Origin: Callorhinchus milii
Lineage: Eukaryota
Length of the DNA: 64,000 nt
Assembly: GCF_018977255.1 (NCBI RefSeq)
Contig: NW_024704742.1
Location: 138,510,001 to 138,574,000 of the forward strand
Reading direction: 5' to 3'
A program made the position numbers and the translations under genes. The notes beneath the pieces are model-generated. The model had not been told where the DNA came from, searched no databases, and saw only the letters and a program-made list of their open reading frames with translations. Shown here in pieces: positions 51,952 to 61,992 of this stretch. Position 1 is the stretch's first letter. Each line of letters opens with the position of its first letter.

Positions 51952-54900
51952 ATTCGACTTATGTTTTTGAAATGTCTCAAAGGGTTTCACAGAACATACT
52001 GTAAAGTGAATTGACTGTATATTTTGTGGAAGCCAATTGCACACAGCAAATGTCCCACAAACAGTCATGGGTTGAAGTAACCAAATTATTATTATTATTT
52101 ATTTTGAAGGGATTATTACCCCGGAATAGTGATCCGCCAATCAACTAAGAACCAGGTTCCTACTGACTACTGGTAACCAGAGGTGTGTGGAGTAAGGAAA
52201 CTTGCCCATGTTTCGCCCCCTGCCCGGGAATCAAACCCGGGTCCTCTCGCTTGCGAGGCGAGGGCTCTAACCACTGAGCTACAGAACAACAACAAGATTC
52301 CATTTATAGAGCGCATTTCACGTCGGGAGGATGTCCCAAGGCGCTGTACAGTTGGGTCAGGACCCAAGCATTGGAGAACTGGTCAGGGTGAGGGGAGGGA
52401 AGGGAGGGAGCGAGGAGGGGGTAGAGAGTTGGGAGCTGAAGGCTGAAGGTCAAAGAGAAAGGTCTTGAGACCGGCCTTGAAGGAGGAAAGGGAGGAAGTG
52501 GCGAAGGCACTGGGGGATAGAGTTCCAGAGCCTCGGGGCTGAGAGGCTGAAGGCCACCGTTGGTAGGGCGGTTGGGGCGCGGGATGTGGAGCAGACCGGA
52601 GCCAGAGGAACGGAGGATATGGGCAGGTAGGGGGATAGTAGGTCAGAGAGGTAGGAGGGAGCGAGGCCATGAATGGCCTTGTAGGTGAGGATGAGGACCT
52701 TGAATTCAATCCTCTGGGGGATGGGGAGCCAGTGGAGGCGAGCGAGGGCGAGGGTGGGAGTGATGTGGTCGCTCCTCTACAGGGAAAAGAGAGACAGACA
52801 GAGAGATACAACAGGCAGAAGGTTATGCACTTCCTCTCACACACAGAGAGAGGGGTTTGCCCAGAGACAGAATGGGCTGAAGGGCCTTCAGTTACAGAGT
52901 CTGAAATACCCCATTTCCTTTGAAAGGTGACTCTGTTGCAGAAAACCACATGATTTACACACAGTGCCAGTGCAGACTTCCAAAACACACAACCTCCCCC
53001 ACTTCGCCTCCCCCCCCCACCACCCACACACGCACATATACATGCTCCCCCAGGAGAAGATAAATATTCGAAGCATGTTCTCGTCAGCTGGGCCTTGGGG
53101 AGGGGTGGTGGGGGGGGGCATGGGGGAGAGAGAGAGGAAGTGCATAACCTTCTGCCTGTTGTGTTTAGTCTGTAGTTCAGCACTGAGATTAGAGAGCTCC
53201 AGTGGGGGAGCGAGCCCCAGCACAGACGTGATGGGGGGGGGGTGGGGGAGAAGAGAGAGAGAGAGAGAGCAGGGAATAGGGTTAGAGTAGAGAGCGCCAG
53301 TGGGGGAGCGAGCACCAGCACAGACACGATGGGGGAAGAGGAGGAATGGAGTTAGAGAAGAGAGCTCCGTGGGTGTGTGGGGGTGTGGGGGGGGGGGGGA
53401 ATAAATTATTTTCTGGTTAGTAGGGTGTGACCCTCTGGCAGGAGAGCACATTCCAATCCAGACAGGAATTTCCTGGTGTCGGTGACACACACGCACACAT
53501 GTGGAACTCGGTTTGGTTACTCTAATCCCTGCATTTGATACAGCGCCTTATCATATCTTCGAGACGTCTCAACGCGCTTCACAGGATACACTGTAAAGTG
53601 AAGTGACTGCATGTGTTGCGGGCGCAACGCGGCAGCCAATTGCGCACAGCAGCGTCTCCGCAAACAGCCGTGGATTGAGCGACCCTTTTTTTTTATTTGG
53701 AAGGGATTATTACCCCCAGAAAAGCGATCCGCCCATCGACTAACAACTGGGTTCCTACTGACTGCTGGTAAACAGGGCCGTGGAGTAAGGGAACTTGCCC
53801 AACGTTTTGCCCAGGCCAAGCCCAGGCGAGGGCTCTAACCACTGAGGTGCAGGACGTGTCGAGACGACTGGCTGAGCAAAGAGAGAGAGGAACCTGCGCT
53901 CCCTGCCCTATCCTTTGCTCCTTCGACCCCACTGGTCCCAGGTGTTAGTGGGCAGGACACCCTACAGGTGCGGGGAATCACAGTAAAGATTAGCTGTTCG
54001 TATCAGGTGTTTTGAAATCAGTTACCAGGAGACTCCAGCCATAAACCGCTGAGGTCACAACCTGGAGAGCTCTCCCCAGCCCACAGTCAAACCCCCTCCT
54101 CAACAACCTTTTCCCTGAGGTTCTGCCTCCCCTCCCCTCCCGCCCCGCAACATCGTCAGGCTCCGCCACTGCCTCACCCCTCAAGCCGCCAAGTTCATCG
54201 CAGCTCGACTACGCCAACGTCCTGCTTGTCGGCCTCCCCAACTCTTCCCCTCCACAGGCTGGAGATCATCCAGAATTTACTCTGCAGCCCGTGTCCTCGC
54301 CCGCACCAGGCTCCTTGACCCCAACACCCCCGCCCGACTCCACTGGCTCCCCATCCCCCAGAGGATAGAGTTTAAAATCCTCGCCCTCGCCTTCAAAGCC
54401 CTCCACGACTTTGCCCCCTTCCCTATCTCTGTGACCTGCTGACCCCATATCAACCTGTCCTCTCCCTCCGCTCAGAAGGCTCTGGCCCCCACCCTACCAT
54501 CAGCACTCGGGCCGTCAGCCTCTCAGCCCCCACCGATTGGAACTCCATCCCACAGTCCCTTCCCCTCGCTCCCTCCCTGACCTCCGTCTCAAGACCCTCC
54601 TCGTTGACCGTGGCCTTCGGTCACCCTCCTACCCCCGACCCTCCCTGCCCTCCACCCCTCCCTGATCCCGACCCCCAGCTCTGATCCAAATCCCTGACGG
54701 TCCAGCGCCTTGGGATGTCCTCCTGACATGAAAGGGGCTGTGCCAATATCTTTTGAGGCAGAACCAGGGCAGATTGGGGGTGGTCGGGGGGGGGGCGTTG
54801 GGCACTCAAACCTTCTCACACTGCAGCCCGGCTCTCACACCCGGACTGGGGGAGAGAGAGAGAAAGAGAGAGAGGGGGAAAGAGAAAATAATAACTGTTA

Positions 54901-55333
54901 GAGGCAATTTGAGACACACTTTGAGGAGTGGAGGCAAGTTAGAGACCCGGGAGGCAACCGTTCTTGAGAGCAGGGCTGAGCGGCTAAGAGATTGCTCACC
55001 CCTTGGGGGGTCCTAGCGGAAGCAGGCGTCTCAGAGAGAAAGGGAGAGAGGGAAAGGAAAAGAGAGAGATACAGAGAGAGAGGGTGTGTGTAACACAAGA
55101 GCTGACAGACAGAGTGAGGCAGAGGGGAGAGAGGCACAGAGAGAAACACACACACACACAAAAAAAGTGAGAGAGAGAGACGGAGAGAAAGACACACACA
55201 ACCAGAGAGGAGAGGGGAGAGCGACAGGACAACAGCACAAGAGAGGGTTCAGGCTGGGACAGGCAGAGGGGTAGGAGGAGGGGGAGAGAGAGAGAGACAG
55301 AGACAGACGGACAGACAGAAAGAGAGAGAGAGA

Positions 55334-55379
<46 letters not shown>

Positions 55380-55425
55380 GTGTAACAAGTGCTGTCACCA
55401 GGCTGGGACGAGACGAGACACTTAC

Positions 55426-55640
55426 TGGAGTGGTCAGAGGTGGTCTTGTGGCCAGAGGTGGGGTTCAGGCTGTGGGGGGGTCAGGTTGGCAGATGTTCGC
55501 TGGGGGTGGGGAGGGGGGTGTTGAGCCTCGGGGTGGGTGGGTGGTNGGGGGACCCCCAGAGCCGCTCAGAGATCAGGCTAATCACAGTCTGTGACTGAAG
55601 GAGGCAGGAATCTGCCCGAGAGCTGTCAACATCCAGCCCC
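55426..55640 (-). other. Candidate non-coding first exon/promoter of DAB2 (5' limit unknown)
   Basis: Donor CCA|gtaagtg at 55426 in GC-rich unique sequence upstream of the first coding exon; an alternative donor AAT|gtaagt is at 56350. Confidence 0.35.
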
Positions 55641-55658
55641 AATCCCGGCGGCTCAGCC

Positions 55659-55793
55659 GCGGTTCCCGTTAACCCCGCCATTGCCAGGCTCCCACGCAGC
55701 GGTTCCCGTTAACCCCGCCATTGCCAGGCTCCCACGCAGCGGTTCCCGTTAACCCCGCCATTGCCAGGCTCCAACAACTATTCCCGTTAACCC
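55659..55793. repeat. 40-bp tandem repeat, three copies plus a partial
   Basis: gcggttcccgttaaccccgccattgccaggctcccacgca at period 40. Confidence 0.93.
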
Positions 55794-57639
55794 TGCTGGA
55801 ATTTTCCAGGCGAAAGAAGGCCAAGTTCCATCCAGTTTGCCTTCCCATCCTGGCAGTCGCTTGACATGTTATGTCCCAAATCAAATACCGCACCCCCCCC
55901 CCCCAGATAGGTTTCCTTAACAGAAATCGACCTCATTTTTCTTTCTTGAAAGGATCAACACTTTCTGCTTCCACCCAGGGAGCCCGTTTCATACGTTTAC
56001 TCTTCCCATTAACCCCACAAGTCCTGTGGCTCAGTGGTTGGAGCACTCGCCTCGCAAGCGAGAGCATCTGGATTCGATTCCCGGCAGGACGAAATCTTAG
56101 GCAAGTTTCCTTAGTCCACACGCCTCCGTTTACCTAACAGTAAGTAGGAACTCGGTTGTTAGTCGACTGGTAGATCTCGGCTCTCCTCTGCCCCCCCACC
56201 TCGGGCTCCCCTCGCCCCCCACCCCTCCCCCCCCACTCGCCACACCTCTCAATACCATGGTAAAGACACAAGCATTTACACTGTAGAAACCTCGGGAATC
56301 AGAGCCGGGGGGGGGGGTGTGGGAGCGTGTGGGTCGAGGAGAGACTTACATTCCAGACTCTTGGATGCAACGTTACAGCAGGTCACCAGAGCAACGCACG
56401 CTTAACCCCTTCCTTCCAGGGTTTAACCAACAACTCTAACAGCATTTGACGCAGCACTTTACCGTGTCTTCGAGACATCTCAAAGCGCTTCACAGGGCAC
56501 ACCGGAAAGTGTAGCGACTGCATTTTGTGGGCGAAACGCAGCAGCCAATTGGGGACAGCAGCGTCCCGCAAACAGTCGTGGATAGAGTGAACGATTTTTT
56601 TGTACAGAAAGGGGTTATTACCCCCAGAAAAGCAATCCGCCAATCGACTAACAACAGGGTTCCTAATTACTGCCGGTAAACAATTGAATACTTCTTAGGT
56701 CAGGGGATCAAGGGATATGGGGCAAGGGGGCGGGTAATGGGGGTTGAGGTACAGATCAGCCATGGTCTTATAGAATGGCGGAACAGGCTGGAGGGACTGA
56801 ATAGTCCTCCATGCCTCCCCATGCTGTGAGGAGCGAGGCTAACATAACATAGAGGAGCAGGAGGAGGCCATTCGGCCCTTTGAGCCTCTGCCCCGCCATT
56901 CAATCATAGCTGATCTTCTAATCTAACTCCGGCTAATAACCTGACGCTGCCTTATCCCCATATCCCTTAATCCCTTTTGCAATAAGAAATCTATCTATCT
57001 CAGTCTTGAATATGTTCAAGGACTGAGCGTCAACAGCCCTTTGGGGTAGTGAGTTCCATACATTCACCGCCCTTTGAGTTGAAGAGGCTGAGCTGCAGGT
57101 TAGGTCTGGGAGGGGCTGTGCCGGCTGGTGACTGGTCAGCTGTACACAGTGTAGTCCTTGTGTGGTTGCAGCCCGGGGCCATCAGCCCCATTAGCCCTCG
57201 CCCACGACCTGGCTGTGCCCATGTGCAAACCATTACTGAGCATTAAACCCTCAAACCTCAACACAACAGCATATACACAGCCCAGCCACTGTGTGGGAGT
57301 GTGAACACACACCACACGCACACACACACTCACAGGGTGGGCTGCAGAGTATCACACACACAGGGTTAGAGAGTCACCTACACACACACAGGTTAGAGTG
57401 TGTGTGTGTGTGTGTGTGAAACCCCTGCCCCCACACGCACATACACACAGCCCAGCACACCGTGCACACACACGCACAGTGCAAGAGTGTATAAACATGT
57501 CCCCACCCCCACTACACACTCACTGTGACACTCTCCCCATGAACCAAAATAATAATAGTGAGGGGTAGGGGAGAGGCCGGGGACCATACATGTGGTTGAA
57601 GAAATAACAACAATAATATTGATAATAATAATCCTTGCA

Positions 57640-60245
57640 GTTGATATACTTGGAGATCTCTTGGAGCCTCACCATCACCCCAACAAAGCCATCTCGGACC
57701 ATCACTTAATCTTCCTCAATCCCTCTCCCCACCATCACCCAACCCACCTCCATCTCCTACCGCCCCAGGGAAAAAATCCCCCCCCTCTGTCTCGGCTGCC
57801 TTGGAGTCATCTGAACTCCTTCCCCTCTGGACTTCCTTCCGTAATGACCTATCCTCCTCGATCACTCTTCTCCACAGCTCCCTCTCTTCTACTCTCAATT
57901 CCCTCACTCCCCTCTCTTCCAGAACTGTCTCCTACTCATACAAATCACCCTGATACACCATCCACCTCCGCTCCCTTAAAGCCCAGGCGTGTTATGCTGA
58001 GCGCACTTGGCTTAAATCAAACCTAACTGTCCATCGGCAGATCTGGCTGGACCATGTCAAATCCTACCGCTCCACCCTCGCCTCCGCTAAATCATCGTTC
58101 TTCTCCAAGACAATCTTGGAGACTAAGGACAACAACAAAATTACATTTGTAAAGCGCCTTTCACATCGGGAGGATGTCCCAAGGCGCTGGACAGACAGAG
58201 TTTCAGACCCGGGAATCGGGGAGGGTGGGGTCAGGGTGGCAGAAGGCCTGCCCGCCAATAGTGGGGCGAGCGAGGTGAGGGACATGAAGCAGGCCGGAGC
58301 CCGCTGAGCAGAGAGAGTGAGCAGGAGGGTAGGGGGTTAGGAGGTGGCAGAGGTCAGGGGGAGCAAGACCATGGAGGGCTTTGAAGGTGAGGAGTAGGAT
58401 CTTGAACTGTATCCTCTGTGTGATGGGAAGCCGGTGGAGTCGGGTGAAGATGGGGGTGATAGGGTCACAGAGTCTGGTGGGGACGAGGATGGGGGTGATA
58501 GGGTCACGGAGCCTGGTGGGGGCGAGGATGGGGGTGATAGGGTCACGGAGCCTGATGGGGGCAAGGATGGGGGTGATGGGGTCACGGAGCCTGGTGGGGG
58601 CAAGGATGGGGGTGATGGGGTCGGGGAGCCTGGTGGGCGTGAGGATGGTGGTGATGGGGTCACGGAGCCTGGTGGGGGTGAGGATGGGGGTGATGGGGTC
58701 GGGGAGCCTGGTGGGGGTGAGGATGGGGGTGATGGGGTGGGGGAGAGGACACGGGCTGCACAGTTAGTTCTGGATGATCTGCAGTCTGTGGAGGGAGGAG
58801 TTGGGGGCCGACAAGGAGGGAGTTTGCATAGTCAAACCTCGATGTAATGAAGGTGTGTATGAGGGTCTCAGGGGCTTGCGGTGTGAGACAGTGGGGGAGT
58901 CAGGCGATGTTGCGGAGGTGGGAAAAGGCAGAGCGGGTCAACCCCAGGTTCCTCTTCTGCATCACCAACTGGCTCCTCCTCCACCCACCCACTCACACCT
59001 CGCCCATCCTCAACTCCAATGCCAACTGCGAGGCAATGCTGGAATCCAAAGTCAAGGGAATCCGCTCATCTGCCTTTGCCCTTCCGTCTACTATGCCCTC
59101 CTCATCTCCCCCAGGCCCTTCCCCACCCCTCCCTCCACACCTTCGAACCTGTCTCCCCCTCCTCTCTTACCACCACCATAATCCGCATGAAACCGACCAC
59201 CTGCTCCCTCGACCCCATCCCTATACCCCTCCTTACCTCCCAGCTCCATCTCCTTGCCCCTCTACTCACTGACATCGTAAACCTCTCCCTGTCCTCTGGT
59301 ACTGTTCCCACCCCATTAAAAACCGCCGTCATCACTCCTATCCTTAAAAAACCCTCCCTGAACTCTTCTCTGCTCTCTAACTACTGCCCCATCTCCAACC
59401 TCCCCTTCCTCTCCAAGGTCCTGGAACGAATTGTTGCTTCTCAGCTTCGCTCCTTCCTCTCCCGCCACTCCCTTCACAAACCCCTCCAATCAAGTCTCTG
59501 TGCCGCCCACAGCACAGAGACAGCTCTGGTCAAAGTGACAAATGACATTCTGTCCATCTGCGTCCAGGGCTCCCTCTGCCTCCTCGTCCTCCTTGACCCC
59601 TCTGCTGCTTTCGACACTGTCGACCACTCTATCCTCATCCACCGCCTCTCCTCCCACCTCAAGCTTCATGGCTTTGTCCTTGTCTGGTTCAGATCGTACC
59701 TCTCACACCTCCTGTACTTCATCTCCTCAAACGGTTTTTCCTCCAAACCCCCGCACCGTCTCATGTGGTGTTCCTCAGGGCTCTGTCCTTGGTCCCCTCC
59801 TCTTCAATATCTATGTGCTCCCTTTTGGTGACATCATCTGCGGACATGGGGTCAACTCCCACATGTATGTGGTTGACACCCAACTCTCCCTCTCTGCCCC
59901 CCCCTTGACTCCAGGACCCACTGCTGTCCTGACAGAATGTCTGTCAGACGTCAAGTCCTGGATGAGGGCAAACTTTCTACAGTTGAACGTCAACAAGACC
60001 GAGGCTCCTGATTGGCTCCCGTCAGCGCCTCCTCACCTCAGGCCCTGACAGCATCACCATCCCTGGGGCTCACTCCCCCTCACTGCGCCAGTCCCGAACC
60101 TTGGAGTCTGGTTTGACCCTCAACTATCCTTTCTACCCCCACATCTGCCCCATGACCCGCTCTGCCTTCCCCACCCCCGCAACATGGCCCGACTTCCCCA
60201 CTGTCTCACACCGCAGCCCCCGAGACCCTCACACACATACCTTCA
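57640..60245 (+). mobile_element. L2 LINE (endonuclease end, linker and RT), interrupted at ~58133-58938
   Basis: Starts near an AISDHH motif; RT motifs in ORFs 59019..59831 and 59542..60048; closely similar to the 2846-3920 copy. Confidence 0.9.
58130..58940 (-). mobile_element. L2 3' fragment nested antisense in another L2
   Basis: (CAA)n tail at 58130, reverse-complement L2 3'UTR, and a 39-bp array at 58450-58740. Confidence 0.88.
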
Positions 60246-60960
60246 TGGCTTGGGGTCGGGCTCTGCCACTGTCACGCTACCCTGCGTGAGGGGCGCTGTG
60301 TAAATGCAAGTTGTTGTTGAGACATCTTAAAGCGCTTCACAGAATACACTGTAAAGTTTTGTGGGCGAAACGCAGCAGCCAACTGCGCAAAGCGACGACG
60401 TCCACACAATTAGTCGTGGTTTGAGTGACCAAATTATTGTTATTTATTTTATTGTTATTGAAGGGATTATGATCCCCACTAGTTACCCAAATACTGCTCG
60501 GTAAACAGAGGCGTGTGGCATAAGGAAACTCACCCAACGTTTCACCCGGCCTGGGAATTGAACCAAGGTCCTCTCGCTTGTGAGGGGAGTGCTCTAACCA
60601 CTGTCCAGGGCCTTGGGACATCCTTCCAACGTGGAAGGTGTGATATAAATGTCATACAGACCCAACCCTACGCTGTGTGCCCCCTCTCCTGGCCCACTGT
60701 TACTTTCTCCCCCAAATCGAGACACCAGGAGAACCTCCTCCTTCTCCCCCTCCCTGACAGACAGCCTTATTTGCGGGACCTCACTGTGAACAAAATGGCC
60801 ACCACCTACAGACAGTCACTACATGTCACACGAAGCATTAAGATGTCACTAAATTAGTGTCAAAGTGCACGAGATGGTGTATCAGAGCCCAGGTGGGGAA
60901 ATGGCCTTCAGCCACAAGGTACCAAAGCCACCAAACTGAGGTCCCCCCCACTCTCCTGAC

Positions 60961-61163
60961 CCCCCTCCCCGCTGGCGCCCCCGCCCTCCCCGCTGGCGCC
61001 CCCGCCCTCCCCGCTGGCGCCCCCGCCCTCCCCGCTGGCGCCCCGCCCTCCCGCTGGCGCCCCCGCCCTCCCCGCTGGCGCCCCCGCCCTCCCCGCTGGC
61101 GCCCCCGCCCTCCCCGCTGGCGCCCCCGCCCTCCCCGCTGGCGCCCCCGCCCTCCCCGCTGGC
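60961..61163. repeat. 21-bp GC-rich minisatellite, about 9-10 units
   Basis: Unit cccccgccctccccgctggcg. Confidence 0.95.
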
Positions 61164-61992
61164 CCCTGACCAGGAAACAGCAGTAATTAGCGAGCGGGTG
61201 GAAGGATGTGTGACTTCCTGTCAGCAGTGAATTCCAACCCCAGGAAACCAGCCCCAGGAAACCAGCCCCAAGATTGTTCTCAAAACATGTTGTTCAACTG
61301 AACAGCTTTTAGTGACGGTCCACCCCAACCCCCCCTCCCGACCCCCTCACTCCCGATTCCCCTCACACACACAATGTCTGTCAGACACCAAGTCCTGGAT
61401 GAGTTGAACACCAACAACTCAGGTGCTGACAGCATCACCATCCCTGGGGCTCACTCCCCCCTCACTGCGCCAGTCCCGAACCTTGGGGTCTGGTTTGACC
61501 CTCAACTATCCTTCCTACCCCACATCTGTACCATGACCCGCTCTGCCTTCACCCACCTCCGCAACATCAACCCTATCACCCGCATCCTCACCCCCACTAG
61601 GCTCCGTGATCCTATACCCCCATCCTCGCCCGACCCCACTGGCTTCCCATCACAGAGAGGATCCAGTTCAAGATCCTGGTCCTCACCTTCAAAGCCCTCC
61701 ATGGTTTTGCTCCCCCCAACCTCTGCCCCTCCTAACCCCTTACTATCCTGCTCGATCCCTCCACTCAGCGGGCTCCGGCCGGCTTCACATCCCCAAACTA
61801 TTGGCAGGTGGGCCTTCTGCCACTCTGAGCCCACCCTCTGGAACTCAGAGTGTCTGACTCGGGGCTCAAACCCACAATCTCCAGACTCAGAGGCAAAAGT
61901 CAGAGACTGAGTCGGGCTGACACCCACACACAGACCTGCCCCAGCCCCACAGACTCACCCAATCACCAATAACCAGCCTTGCATTTGATACT

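Noticed and set aside
60857..61186. PRWRPRP/PAGAPAL repeat peptide resembling an antimicrobial peptide
   Set aside because: Translation of the 21-bp VNTR; non-ATG start, no signal peptide and no splice support.
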